A stretch of 34,031 bases of DNA from a virus (taxonomy: Duplodnaviria > Caudoviricetes). The position numbers and the translations under genes were made by a program. The notes below the pieces were generated by a model. It did no database searches and had not been told where the DNA came from. It saw nothing but the letters and a program-made list of their open reading frames with translations. Positions 1-11,000 of the stretch are shown in pieces. Location of the stretch: positions 1 to 34,031 of IMG/VR virus record IMGVR_UViG_3300025653_000125; one strand, given 5' to 3'. The first letter of the stretch is position 1. Each line of letters opens with the position of its first letter.

Positions 1-2
1 CA

Positions 3-2423
3 GGAGGCGGTGATATTCGTCTTGGCGCTCGCTGGAACGACGATGAAGACAAGATATACATCAAGTTACGCCAAAGCTCTGATGGGTATTCTCCTGACCT
101 TTCTGTTGGTTTGGGAACAGACCCCAAGGTTTGGTCTAACTCATACACATCAGTGCAGTTTGGTACAGCAGGTTCACTGTTTGCACAAAACGGGGACTCC
201 TCAACGTGGCTTACATCAAACGTCTATATAAACAGTTCTGGCAATTTTGCTCGGATACAGACTGACTTTGCTGGTACATACGATATAAGCAACGGCACCC
301 ATCGTTGGGGTGTACAAGGCTCGGGCAATGCTAACTCAACATTTACATTGTATCGAGCAATGTATCTTGATAACGCAGGCAAGCTGTTGCTTGGACCAAA
401 TACTACTGGCGTTGGTATCAGCGGGGGCGATTTCCGTGCAGTTAGCAAGATAGATCTTCATGACACAACGACAGGCGCGTTCCGAATCTACAACGGCTCA
501 ACCTTCCGTGGTGGTTTAGGTACTGGTCAGTGGGCGTCAGGCGATACAGCCAATGTCAACAAAATGGCGTTGTATTCTGCGCACGACATTCAGTTTTACA
601 ATAATAACGCTAGCGCCCCGTCCGCTCATTTCACACTCGCTAAGCTGATAAAAACCCGTGCGTCTGAAGCTACAACAGGACAGCTAGAGCTTCGAAATGA
701 GGGCGGCATTACTAACGGTAACTTTGACGGAATTTACTTCACTCAAGGTTCTGCTGGTGCGACCCCATTAGCAAGTATCCGATGTGCGTATTTAAGTAAC
801 GGATACCCTGAACTTAAGTTTTACACTCGTAGCGGATCAGCACAAGAAAGCGAAAGGCTTGTAATAAGAAATGACGGGAAAGTAGAGCTTACAAAGCAAT
901 TGCAAGTTGGCACTTTCGCAAACAGTCAAAATAACACTGGCGAGGCATGGATAGGCAGATCAACAGACAGAGAAGACGGGACTTTAACCGTCCAGCTTGG
1001 TGGCAATAGCGCAAGCAACACGTTCTTTGAAATTGTTGACAGGGCATGGACTAAGGTCATGTATCGCTTCGCTGGTGATGCACCCCAAAACTCCATGTAC
1101 GTCACAAGCGCAGGTAGGACAGGCTTGGGTCTCGGCTCGCCACAATCAAGATTGCACATTACAGAAACAGGCGGCAACGCTTACAGCAGTACCATCACGC
1201 GAGGAAGCAATCATAAAGGCTTGACCATTACCCAGCAGAGTAATGGCGATGATATGACGGGCATTTACTTTGCAACAGGAGGCTCGGGGCAAGGTTCGCA
1301 CTGGAGCGGCATAACAGGTTCGCGTAGCGCCAACGCGGCGCACTGGGGAACCCAGCTTAATTTTTATACCCATGCTAACGACGTGGCAAACCTTAACGAC
1401 GCCACCCAGAAAATGGTCATCAAAGGCGATGGCAAGGTCGGTATAAACAACAACTCCCCGACTTATATGCTGGATGTAAAAGGTCTAGCTACTGAGGCAG
1501 AGCCTTACGCGACTATTCGAGCGCAAGCCGCTACTCAGTTCGGCGGTTTTTTAGCGGACGCACCGACACAGTCGCACATTCGTTTTGCCATCGGCGGCAA
1601 TGTGAAATGGCAGTGGCGCACAGGCACCAATGTCAGCGGCGATCTTCGTGCCTACTCGTGGGATGGTAGTGGCGACGTATTTCAGCTAACCACGGCAGGC
1701 TACCTAACACTAAGCAACGGAATCACGCTTGGTGGACGTTTGCAGATGTCTGGCGACAAGCAGATTTTCACATATTCAAGTACGGTTGTTTTCGATCACG
1801 ACACCAATAACACTCCCGTTGCGTTCCAAATGAACAAGGGCGGCAATTACGCAGGTACTACACGTAGTTTCGGCGTACTGAATCTTTCAAGAACTAACGG
1901 GTCGATTGCAAACGGCAACGGATCAAGCATGTTCTTCATGTTGAAGGCTGACGGCGGTTCTCTTGTTGAATACGCAGGGATTACGGGCGTAAGAGAAACC
2001 AACACCACAGGCTCTCTAGACTTTCATAGCTACAACCGCAACGTTCAGATGCGGATGGATAACTCGGGCAACCTTACTTGCGCGGGTAACGTCACTGCTT
2101 ACAGCGACCCATCTGATCGCAAGCTAAAAGAAAACATCGAGAATATCCCTGACGCAGTTGAAAAGGTTAAGGCACTTAATGGTGTGACCTTTAACTATAA
2201 AAAGGATGGCAACCGATCTACCGGTTTGATTGCACAGGAAGTGCAAGAGGTACTGCCAGAGGCTGTCTATGAGTCTAAAGACCTAGATGGCAATGAGTTC
2301 TTAGCTCTTAACTATGGAAACACTGTCGGACTTTTGGTTGAAGCAATCAAAGAGCAACAATCAGAAATCGACGCCCTTAAGAAAATCATCGAGGAGATGA
2401 AAAATGTCAATCACCAAGACTGA
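3..2423 (+). CDS. Tail fibre protein with C-terminal intramolecular chaperone (peptidase S74); 5'-truncated by the window edge
   Basis: The frame is open from base 3, upstream of the track's TTG at 111. G/S/T/N-rich with repeated 'xxIxxdGkVgig' modules. The C-terminus 'SDRKLKENIENI...GLIAQEVQEVLPEAV...LNYGNTVGLLVEAIKEQQ' is the S74 chaperone signature. Confidence 0.9.
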   Translation, partial: GGGDIRLGARWNDDEDKIYIKLRQSSDGYSPDLSVGLGTDPKVWSNSYTSVQFGTAGSLFAQNGDSSTWLTSNVYINSSGNFARIQTDFAGTYDISNGTHRWGVQGSGNANSTFTLYRAMYLDNAGKLLLGPNTTGVGISGGDFRAVSKIDLHDTTTGAFRIYNGSTFRGGLGTGQWASGDTANVNKMALYSAHDIQFYNNNASAPSAHFTLAKLIKTRASEATTGQLELRNEGGITNGNFDGIYFTQGSAGATPLASIRCAYLSNGYPELKFYTRSGSAQESERLVIRNDGKVELTKQLQVGTFANSQNNTGEAWIGRSTDREDGTLTVQLGGNSASNTFFEIVDRAWTKVMYRFAGDAPQNSMYVTSAGRTGLGLGSPQSRLHITETGGNAYSSTITRGSNHKGLTITQQSNGDDMTGIYFATGGSGQGSHWSGITGSRSANAAHWGTQLNFYTHANDVANLNDATQKMVIKGDGKVGINNNSPTYMLDVKGLATEAEPYATIRAQAATQFGGFLADAPTQSHIRFAIGGNVKWQWRTGTNVSGDLRAYSWDGSGDVFQLTTAGYLTLSNGITLGGRLQMSGDKQIFTYSSTVVFDHDTNNTPVAFQMNKGGNYAGTTRSFGVLNLSRTNGSIANGNGSSMFFMLKADGGSLVEYAGITGVRETNTTGSLDFHSYNRNVQMRMDNSGNLTCAGNVTAYSDPSDRKLKENIENIPDAVEKVKALNGVTFNYKKDGNRSTGLIAQEVQEVLPEAVYESKDLDGNEFLALNYGNTVGLLVEAIKEQQSEIDALKKIIEEMKNVNHQD

Positions 2424-2670
2424 CGCTATTGAGCGAATCACAGTTGTTTTAAAAACCCCGGCGGATACTAGTGATGTAATAGTACAAAGTAGAGTGACGT
2501 GGGATGACCCAGACGACGATCAGCTTCCGATCACGCGCGAAAACGTCCATACCGTTCAGAAGTACGAAACTAGCTATGATGAAAATCAACAGGAAGTTAC
2601 TACTGAAAACGATATTACTGGCGAAGACCAACTCGTACAGGACATCTGCGCGGCAGTCTGGACTGACTAA
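2404..2670 (+). CDS. Small acidic tail-fibre-associated protein (88 aa)
   Basis: RBS GAGGAG upstream; overlaps the fibre stop; ends 'VQDICAAVWTD', a pattern common downstream of marine phage fibres. Confidence 0.7.
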   Translation: MSITKTDAIERITVVLKTPADTSDVIVQSRVTWDDPDDDQLPITRENVHTVQKYETSYDENQQEVTTENDITGEDQLVQDICAAVWTD

Positions 2671-3257
2671 TGGCTCTCCAGACCTCTGGTGCTATATCGC
2701 TGAATGACATCCACGTTGAGGCTGGCGGGTCTACGGGCACGTCGGCTTCGATGAATGATGCGGACATTCGGGGTCTTATTAGTAAGGCTTCGGGTGCCAC
2801 TATGTCTTTTAGTGAATGGTATGGGGCTAGTGCTGGTCAGGACATTGTTGTTACGCAGGGTTCTGCTACTACGGCGTACTACAGCGTTTACGGCTGGAAT
2901 AGCTCTGGTCCTACGGGGTCCAGAAGCCCAACGACGTACACAAACTCAAGCAACAACGCTCGTGGAATCGAGGGGATATATAGACTGACATCGTCTGCTG
3001 GCACGTTTTTCTATGTAACTCTTAACTGGTCAACTGCTAACAGCATTCCAGACAACGATTTCACCAGCATCAGCATGGTTTGTAATGGCACTACAACAAC
3101 GCTCCTATCCTCTGAGGCATCCACAACTTACTTAGCTGGCGGATACCAAAAAAGGTGGGGCTGGGATAGCTCCAACGGCTTGGACTCGACTGAGCTTGCC
3201 AACATCAATGCGGAGTGGGACGGCTCAGGCAACATCACGGTGACGTTTACGACATGA
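2670..3257 (+). CDS. Putative fibre-tip adhesin / receptor-binding protein (195 aa)
   Basis: TAATG coupling. The N-terminus 'MALQTSGAISLNDIHVEAGG...MSFSEWYGAS' is typical of small proteins following S74 fibres; the C-terminal part is aromatic and S/T-rich. Confidence 0.65.
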   Translation: MALQTSGAISLNDIHVEAGGSTGTSASMNDADIRGLISKASGATMSFSEWYGASAGQDIVVTQGSATTAYYSVYGWNSSGPTGSRSPTTYTNSSNNARGIEGIYRLTSSAGTFFYVTLNWSTANSIPDNDFTSISMVCNGTTTTLLSSEASTTYLAGGYQKRWGWDSSNGLDSTELANINAEWDGSGNITVTFTT

Positions 3258-3502
3258 GCAGGACTATTAACTATGACACACCAGCGGCAGATGCGATTTA
3301 TCTGGAGGGCACTATAACGTCCCCGTCGATAACGCAGGAAACGCCAGTGACGTTTAGGGTTCCAATGATTAGGACTGACGGTGTAAACGACATAGAAGCA
3401 ACAGTTGCCCATCTAAACGTTATGGAGGATTTGCTCGATCGAGAGATCGAACTGAACCCCTCGCTTGCACGGGTTCCAATGGACCCTCCGGTGATTGAGT
3501 GA
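3254..3502 (+). CDS. Hypothetical protein (82 aa, MSRTINY...)
   Basis: ATGA overlap with the previous stop makes 3254 a better start than the track's 3215. Confidence 0.65.
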   Translation: MSRTINYDTPAADAIYLEGTITSPSITQETPVTFRVPMIRTDGVNDIEATVAHLNVMEDLLDREIELNPSLARVPMDPPVIE

Positions 3503-4011
3503 TGATTACGTTTGCGACAGTAAACAGTATTGATGATTCGGAGTTTGACACACTGTTTACCGCGTCACTGCCAGATATGGATGCCGGGAGTTTTCCGTGG
3601 CGTATCCATGGTCAGCTCACGGACATAGAAAAACGAGACAAGCTGCGAGCTGACTACGAGCAGTTACTCAGTGAAGGTTTCGTATGGCGTGTGTCAGATG
3701 ATGACGGTGTATTGATGCTCAATGCGGGTATTCAAAATGGCACCTCTGCGAACTGGATTTTAGGTCTAGTTGGCACGAATGCTGCTGGCAGTAAGTCGTA
3801 CCTGTACTCACAGGAGTACGTCGATGCTCGGAATGCTTATTGGGCTTTGATCGGCATCACCGGCTGGACCTTGGAAGCATCTGGTGCAAACACGCCAGTA
3901 CACAACCACATGGTGAGTCGTCAGAATGCTAATGCACTTGGTGCCAGCATGACGACCCAAGAAAGAGTTTTCAGCCCAGAGCTGACGTTTACGGATATCA
4001 CTTTAGGATGA
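3499..4011 (+). CDS. Hypothetical protein (170 aa)
   Basis: Coupled to neighbours by GTGA and ATGA overlaps; globular composition; no motif recognised. Confidence 0.7.
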   Translation: MMITFATVNSIDDSEFDTLFTASLPDMDAGSFPWRIHGQLTDIEKRDKLRADYEQLLSEGFVWRVSDDDGVLMLNAGIQNGTSANWILGLVGTNAAGSKSYLYSQEYVDARNAYWALIGITGWTLEASGANTPVHNHMVSRQNANALGASMTTQERVFSPELTFTDITLG

Positions 4012-4670
4012 AGCGATTACTAACGCTTTTGCTGGTTCCAAGTATCGCCCTGGGACAGGTTCGGGAGGATGCCGAGCCGGACATGGATCCGCGTGGTGGA
4101 GACAACACCGAGATTGAGGGAGATCTGTCAGAGATCAACATCAATAGTCCGCGCACGACCAAGACATATCAAGGTGCGGGTGCTGGTAGATCGATGCCGG
4201 TATCTAGCGCAATCAGCCCATCGCTGATGTCGTCGGGAACTGCATCCTGCTTGATATCGAAGTCTGAGGGTTTGCAGCTCGTGGGTATTGGTGTCAGTCG
4301 AGGTAATTATGAGATTGATCACCATTGTGAGAGACGCCTTAACAGTCAAGCCTTGGCTGGCGCGGGGATGCGAGTGGCGGCAGTAGCTTTGCTCTGCCAA
4401 GAGGCAACCATTTGGCGGAGTATGTTGGTTTCGGCAACTCCATGCCCGGTCCTTAAGAACGGCAAGCTGCTGGTTGGTAAGCGGGCACTACAAGAAATCA
4501 AAAGCAATCCCAATTTATGGATTCCTGACTGGGAGGGAAATGAAGACTGGTACACACAAGTTTTAGCGGGAGAGGACAATGTTGAGGAAAACACTTCAGG
4601 CTCTATCTCTGATCGTTATCGCACCTCTAAGCGTAGCGGACGAACTGGGCGACCTAATAACAACCAGTGA
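4008..4670 (+). CDS. Exported, Cys-containing protein with signal peptide (220 aa)
   Basis: MKRLLTLLLVPSIALG signal peptide; four spaced cysteines (ASCL, HCER, LLCQ, TPCP). Confidence 0.7.
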   Translation: MKRLLTLLLVPSIALGQVREDAEPDMDPRGGDNTEIEGDLSEININSPRTTKTYQGAGAGRSMPVSSAISPSLMSSGTASCLISKSEGLQLVGIGVSRGNYEIDHHCERRLNSQALAGAGMRVAAVALLCQEATIWRSMLVSATPCPVLKNGKLLVGKRALQEIKSNPNLWIPDWEGNEDWYTQVLAGEDNVEENTSGSISDRYRTSKRSGRTGRPNNNQ

Positions 4671-5424
4671 GGACATCAGAGCAACATTTCGTTACGGTAT
4701 CTCCGCAGTTGGGGGTATGGCTCACTACGCCCGTAATAATGGCATTGCCAACTCTGGCGTCGTCGATCCCGGACTAATCGATAAAGCAAAGCAAGACGCA
4801 TACAACAATGCGCTTCAGAACTTCAAAAACGCCACATACACATGGGACCCCAATGCTGAGGATTACTTCACAGAGCAAAGTAACAACAGCCTAAACACCA
4901 TGTCAGAGGCAATCGATGCCTACGTTGATGCGGCTACTGCCGTCATCATGGTGACCACCATCGGCACCATGGCTGAGGAAGCAGCACAAGCACCTGATGC
5001 CAGAGAGACAATCGCCCTCCAAGAGTACGCAGAAGCAAACGATGTTTACCTAGATGACACTGAGGTAGAAGACTACAACTCCGCTCTGGAAAGCGTAGAG
5101 GTGGCAGCACAGGCGGCTGCTGCTTATACGACAGTGGCAAACGATGCCTCCCTCCTAGAGAGCGCAAACGATGCGGCATATGCCATGAACGTCACGTTCG
5201 AGGAATCTAACAACACGTTCTTTGACGCAGCCACAGGAACATTAACGGTCGAGTGGGAAGGCGAATCACAGTCAATTGCTCTCGACCTCAACGCATATTT
5301 CATGCAGGACACAGACATCATAACTACCGGCGCGGATACGCTCTTCTATCGCACAAGCCCCGAAGGCGGCTGCTGGTTCATCGAAGATCAAGGGGAAAAA
5401 GAGGCTTGTATGTATGGCTCTTAG
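4579..5424 (+). CDS. Exported acidic alpha-helical protein with signal peptide (281 aa)
   Basis: RBS GAGGA before ATG; MLRKTLQALSLIVIAPLSVA signal peptide; C-terminal Cys pair. Confidence 0.7.
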   Translation: MLRKTLQALSLIVIAPLSVADELGDLITTSEDIRATFRYGISAVGGMAHYARNNGIANSGVVDPGLIDKAKQDAYNNALQNFKNATYTWDPNAEDYFTEQSNNSLNTMSEAIDAYVDAATAVIMVTTIGTMAEEAAQAPDARETIALQEYAEANDVYLDDTEVEDYNSALESVEVAAQAAAAYTTVANDASLLESANDAAYAMNVTFEESNNTFFDAATGTLTVEWEGESQSIALDLNAYFMQDTDIITTGADTLFYRTSPEGGCWFIEDQGEKEACMYGS

Positions 5425-5944
5425 TGACTTGGAATTATCTGTAGGCGGCGTCTCTTTTAAGGGGGTCTACCTAGCTATAACTTTCACTGCGGCATCGACG
5501 CTGGCAGGTGGCATCTGGACTGCGAGCCAGTTTTTCGCTCAGCTCAATGAGCAATCTGAGGCAGTTGTTGCGGCAACAGCACAGGCTGAAGGTCTGTCGA
5601 AAAGGTTCGACGATCTGCGGGAAGGCAACGTGCTTCGGCTTCAGGACATGGACAAGAAGCTCAGCAACATGGAGCAAGCCATGAGTGCTGCTGACGTTGA
5701 AAACCTGCAAGGTAAGTTGAGCGAGTTAGGTGCCAACCTAGAGCAGATTATGGACGCACAGAAAGAGCTTTTAGATATCCGGGACCGCATCGCTAGTGCA
5801 GAGAAGATCTCTTCAGAGAGTGAAATCAAGGTCAACGCCAGACTAGAAAGTCTTGCCAATCTGGATGCTCGCTTGGCTAGATTAAGTCAGGATATGGATG
5901 ACCTCTGGGCAGCGATTGATGACATGTCACCGCTGGGAGGCTAA
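5414..5944 (+). CDS. Membrane-anchored coiled-coil protein (176 aa)
   Basis: Hydrophobic N-terminal segment (GVYLAITFTAASTLAGGIW) followed by long heptad repeats. Confidence 0.75.
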   Translation: MALSDLELSVGGVSFKGVYLAITFTAASTLAGGIWTASQFFAQLNEQSEAVVAATAQAEGLSKRFDDLREGNVLRLQDMDKKLSNMEQAMSAADVENLQGKLSELGANLEQIMDAQKELLDIRDRIASAEKISSESEIKVNARLESLANLDARLARLSQDMDDLWAAIDDMSPLGG

Positions 5945-5964
5945 TAGTCTCCAGACCGCGTCAA

Positions 5965-5973
5965 TGGTAGAAT
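5965..5973 (+). promoter_or_regulatory. Possible extended -10 promoter (TGgTAGAAT) upstream of the holin-like gene
   Basis: TGnTAnnnT match in the only sizeable intergenic gap of the late block; no clear -35. Confidence 0.3.
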
Positions 5974-6019
5974 GACGTGACAATTTAACCGCACGGACCG
6001 CAAAACTACGGAGAGGATC

Positions 6020-6403
6020 ATGAGTATTCTCGGGTCTGTGCTGGGCAATCTAGGCGGCAAGGTTGTTGAGGCAATCGACAGTCGCGGTCAACGAAAGCAC
6101 GAGCAGAAAGTACAAGCGCTTGAGCTAGAAAAGCTACGCCATTCGAAGCAGATTGAGCTGATCCAGCAGGGTCAGCAGATGGATAATGCGTGGGAGCTAG
6201 AGCAGATCAAGAACTCGGGATGGAAAGACGAGTTCGTTTTGCTTTTGCTGTCGATTCCTCTGGTCATGTCATTCATCCCCAAGATGCAGCCTTATGTTGT
6301 TGAGGGCTTTGCCGCGCTGTCTACAACTCCAGAGTGGTATCAGTGGCTCATCCTCGCTGTATTCACTGCGGTCTACGGCATCCGCGTCTGGAGACGCAAA
6401 TGA
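6020..6403 (+). CDS. Holin-like membrane protein (3TM holin / GTA-release type)
   Basis: Amphipathic N-terminus, 'SGWKDEF' motif, two C-terminal hydrophobic helices and basic tail WRRK; RBS GGAGAGG. Confidence 0.65.
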   Translation: MSILGSVLGNLGGKVVEAIDSRGQRKHEQKVQALELEKLRHSKQIELIQQGQQMDNAWELEQIKNSGWKDEFVLLLLSIPLVMSFIPKMQPYVVEGFAALSTTPEWYQWLILAVFTAVYGIRVWRRK

Positions 6404-8052
6404 CCGGCTTCAAACTACAAACCTTTGGGGGCAAGGCTCCCAAGGTATTTGCGCGTCTTCTGCCTGAGGACATGGCACAAACAGCAACTAACGTAAGGCT
6501 CGACTCCGGGAGACTGGAGCCGTGGAAAGACAATGCGACTACGACGATCACTCCAGTTGCGAGCTACTCTATATCTGGAAGCACTAAGACGCTGTTTAAG
6601 TACAGTGACTCTATTTGGATTGGGCGAAATGAAGAAGTTGATTTTGTCCGCTCACCGCTTGCTGAAGACCAACACGAACGGATATATGCTACTGGCATTG
6701 GGGGTGGTTCTGGCTATCCTCGGATGACCCTGGCATCGATCGTTGGGAACGGTACTTTTTATGCGTTAGGAATACCGAAACCTTCACAATTTTCATCGGT
6801 CGCACTATCTCCTGCAACATCTACCAAGCAAGATGAAGAGATTCCGCAAAGCAGAGCTTATTCCTTCACGTACGTTAGTGCGTACGGCGAGGAAGGACAG
6901 CCCTGTGATGTACCGGCTAGCCAGATCGTCGATGTTTACTCAGATCAGAGCGTGGTTTTGACGTTCCCCTCGAACCCTTCTGGCAACCACAACCTCAGCA
7001 AGAAGCGAATCTATCGCACGGATACCGGCGGTACGTTCCGGTTTGTTGCGGAAGTAACTCTAGCAACCACAACACATACTGACAGTAAGGAAGAGGCAGA
7101 CCTTGGTGAAGCTGTACCCACCACAACATTCGATCCACCACCTGACAATGTGTCCGCTGACCATCCTGATGGTCCTATGTTGGGTCTGGTCTCTCTGCCT
7201 AACGGAATACTGGCGGGATTCGCCGGTCAGACAGTATGTTTCTCCGAGGCATTCCAGCCACATGCTTTTCCAGACGAGTACAAGCTTACGGTCAAGTCGG
7301 ACATCGTTGCTCTTGCCCCAATGCCCTCAGGTGTACTGGTCTTAACCAAAGAAAAGCCAGCCATCATTTCAGGTCTTGATCCGTCAGCGATGGCGCTGTC
7401 TGAGATCGACTCAAACCAAGCGTGTGTTTCCAAGCGATCAGTGGTCGATATGGGTTCTGCTGTCATGTACGCAAGCCCAGACGGACTGGTTATGGCTACC
7501 GAGACTGGCGGTCTCAAGGTGGTAACAGAACAGTTGCTCACCCGAGACCAATGGCAGGAGCTAGTACCTAGCTCAATCGTAGGCTTCAACTGGGAGGGGC
7601 ACTATATTGGTTTTTACAACACCGGATCAGCACAGAAAGGCTTCATTTTCGATCCCCGTGGAGGAAAAGATTCATTTGTTGATCTTAGCTTCCACGCGAG
7701 CGCGGGGTTTAATGACCTCGAGGAAGATGAGCTATATCTGGTAATTGGCGGTGCGGTGAAAAAATTTGCGGCGGGAACAAATCTTTCCTACACATGGAAA
7801 TCCAAGAAGTTCTACGCACAGCGACCAATCAATCCGGGGGTTGCCAAAGTTCAGGCAGACGCCTACGGATCAGGCATTACATTCAAGCTGTATGCAGACG
7901 GCTCTCTGAAGCACACAGAGACAGTTACCAACGACAGCTTGTTCCGACTGCCATCCGGCTACAAAGGACATGAGTTTGAGATTGAGTTGAGCGGTAGTGA
8001 TCCGATCAATGAGGTCTGCGTCTACGAGTCTGCCCGAGAAATCTATGGCTAA
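6400..8052 (+). CDS. Podovirus tail tubular / virion stabilisation protein (~550 aa)
   Basis: Likely start is ATG 6400 (GGAG RBS, ATGA overlap). Motifs 'FGGKAPK..RLLP..AQ.A.N', 'YSFTYVSAYGEEG', 'KRIYRT', 'FSEAFQPHAFP', 'YASPDGLV', 'WKSKKF', 'FRLPSG'. Confidence 0.75.
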   Translation: MTGFKLQTFGGKAPKVFARLLPEDMAQTATNVRLDSGRLEPWKDNATTTITPVASYSISGSTKTLFKYSDSIWIGRNEEVDFVRSPLAEDQHERIYATGIGGGSGYPRMTLASIVGNGTFYALGIPKPSQFSSVALSPATSTKQDEEIPQSRAYSFTYVSAYGEEGQPCDVPASQIVDVYSDQSVVLTFPSNPSGNHNLSKKRIYRTDTGGTFRFVAEVTLATTTHTDSKEEADLGEAVPTTTFDPPPDNVSADHPDGPMLGLVSLPNGILAGFAGQTVCFSEAFQPHAFPDEYKLTVKSDIVALAPMPSGVLVLTKEKPAIISGLDPSAMALSEIDSNQACVSKRSVVDMGSAVMYASPDGLVMATETGGLKVVTEQLLTRDQWQELVPSSIVGFNWEGHYIGFYNTGSAQKGFIFDPRGGKDSFVDLSFHASAGFNDLEEDELYLVIGGAVKKFAAGTNLSYTWKSKKFYAQRPINPGVAKVQADAYGSGITFKLYADGSLKHTETVTNDSLFRLPSGYKGHEFEIELSGSDPINEVCVYESAREIYG

Positions 8053-11000
8053 GCGCAAGGCTAATTTAAGTGTCCCCATCAAGTGGGGCGCACCGGAGAA
8101 ACGTTTCGGTGAGTCAATCAAGGAGAACCTCGATATCCTCATTGGACATCGGGGTAACCCTATTGATCGTGCGGTTACTTTTAAAGACCTACTCGATACG
8201 AAAGTGTTGTCTCTGGCGGGAAACGCCTCGCTGAGTACCGCCGGGGACAACCCCGCAAACTACATCGTTCCAAGTCAAGGCGATACGACCGTTCAGTTTC
8301 CACCCGCACCAACAAGCTTGGCTGCAAGCGGTGCGTTTCAGAACGTGGTGCTTACTTGGGACTTAGACACCTACGTCGGTCACTCTCACGTTGAGATTCA
8401 CCGGCATACGTCCGACAGTATTTCAAACGCAACATTAGTGGCTCAGGTTTCTGGCTTTACTGGGATCTACTCGGACGCTGTTGGATCGAACGCTAACTTT
8501 TACTACTGGGTTCGAGCGGTCAATATCAACAACGAGATTGGTCCGTTCAACAGCTCAACCGGTGTCAATGGCACAACTCAGCCAGACCTCACAGTTATCA
8601 TGGATTTGCTGGCTAACCAGATCACGTCGAGCGAGCTGGCTCAAAGTCTTGCATCGCCCATAGCTCAGATTCCGACCATCGATTCCTTGCTTGGCTCGAT
8701 TGAGACCTATACCGGCTACACAAGCTCGTACTCTGGTAACAACCTGCTGAGCAGGATATCGACCACTGAAACGACCGCAACACTTGCCAATACTCTTGCA
8801 GGCAACCTTGAGACGTTTACGGGCTACCTGTCCAGTTACTCTGGAAACAGCTTGCTGTCGCGCATCGGATCTGCCGAAACTACGGTTTCAGGGCACACAA
8901 CTAGCATTGGTACGATCAACTCATCGATCACCTCGATTAACAGCTCGATAACGTCGCTGAACACGGCGACCAGTAACTTACAGACCTCACTATCTGATCT
9001 GTCTGCAAACACCGCCGACGTATACATTCAGGCGACAGCCCCAACCGGTACGATTGCGGCGAACTCTCGATGGTATGACACATCTGACAACAACGAGCTG
9101 CACATCTATTTCGACAGTGATGGCAACGGCACTAGCGAGTGGGTAGAGGTGAGCGATCCTCGTGTTGAGTCAAACGAGACAGACATTGCTGCACTCGAAA
9201 CCGAGGTGTTCAACACTGACGGGTCAAGCAGACTGGCAACGGCATCAGCGTTTTCGACCCTCAACACGACCGTGGTGAATCAGGGCAGTAGCATCACCAG
9301 TCTTACCACCGATGTGACTAGCCTTAAAAACGAGGTGTTTGATAGCAATGGTGGAAGTCTGCTTGCGACTGCCGCCGCGCTTGGAACGACCAATACAACG
9401 GTATCTAACCAAGGCACCAGTATCAGCTCGTTACAGACCGACGTTACGGCTCTAGATGGCGCTGTATTCAATGCTGACAACAGTCTGAAGTTAGCCTCCA
9501 CCTCTGCGTTAAACACGCTTACGAGCGACGTGAGAGCGATCTACGACGGCACTAACCCGAGCATCGTAAAAACCATACAGGCAGACGTAACTTCGCTAGA
9601 GGGTCAGGTATTCAACAGCGATGGCACCGCTAGACTTGCCACGGGATCAGCACTCAATACCCTGACCAACACGGTCACAACACAGGGCAACAGCTTAGGT
9701 ACGGCTCAGGGCGACATTACAACACTCGAGGGAGCTGTATTTAACTCGGACGGTACGGTCAAGCTTGCGACAACTACGTCGGTCACCGCGCTGACCAATA
9801 CAGTCAACACCCAAGGCGGAAACATCACGACGTTACAGGGCGATGTTACTGATCTCGAGGCTGAGGTTTTCAACAGTGACGGTACTGGTCGCTTGGCTAC
9901 TGGATCAGCGCTGACAGCCCTGAGCAACACGGTCACTACGCAAGGCAGCTCGATATCTACCGTGCAAAACGACGTGACCAGCCTAGAGGGAGCCGTCTTT
10001 GATTCTTCCGGCAACGTAAAGCTAGCAACGACCACGGCGCTTGGGGGTCTTACAAATACAGTCGAGGCTATTTACGATGGCACCAATCCTTCTGTTGTTA
10101 AAACAATTCAGACAGACGTTACCTCGCTTGAGTCGGAGGTCTTCAACTCAGATGGTACTGGTCGCCTAGCAACGGCGTCTGCGCTTTCCGGGTTATCGAG
10201 CACCGTAAGCTCCCAAGGTGGCAGCATCACGACCCTCCAGACCGACGTAACGGATCTTGAGTCACAGGTCTTCAACAGTGACGGGACAGCGCGTTTGGCT
10301 ACGGCTAGTGCCCTGAGCGGCGTTAGTAGTAGTGTCAGCACCAACTCGGGCAGCATAACCACCATACAGGGTGACGTGACCAGCCTTGAGGCAGAGGTAT
10401 TTAATTCAGACGGTACATCCCGTCTAGCTACTGGGTCTGCTCTTACGTCGCTTAGTAATGATGTTTCGGCAATCTACGATTCAAGCAGTAACAGCACGAT
10501 CGTTGGCAGTATTCAGTCAGACGTGACCTCGCTACAGGGCGCAGTGTTTGACTCGAACGGAGCGGTCCAGCTTGCTAGCTCTTCGGCTGTAACACTACTC
10601 AACAACGAGGTATGGGGTAACGGTGTCACTCCATCAGGCGCAGCATCCTCAAGAATCGACTCCCTAAACAGCGCAATTACCAACCCATCGACAGGTTTGA
10701 CTGCTCTGTCTGGTGCGCTCTCTACACTCAATACAGAAGTGTTCCCAAATGGCACTGCAAGCGCCAGCAGAATAGATACCCTGGACACGGCAGTTTTTGA
10801 CTCTAACGGAACGGTCAAGCTTGCTACAGCTCAGGCTGTCAGTGCTTTAGAAACTGAGGTATATGGCTCTTCTGGAGCGTCTGCTAGCCGCATCGATGGT
10901 TTATATACTGCGATCTACGACAGCAACGGCAACTTCGAGTTTGCGACTGCATCGGCGTTCAATACTTTAAATACAGCCGTAACCGGCACGGGTGCTATTG

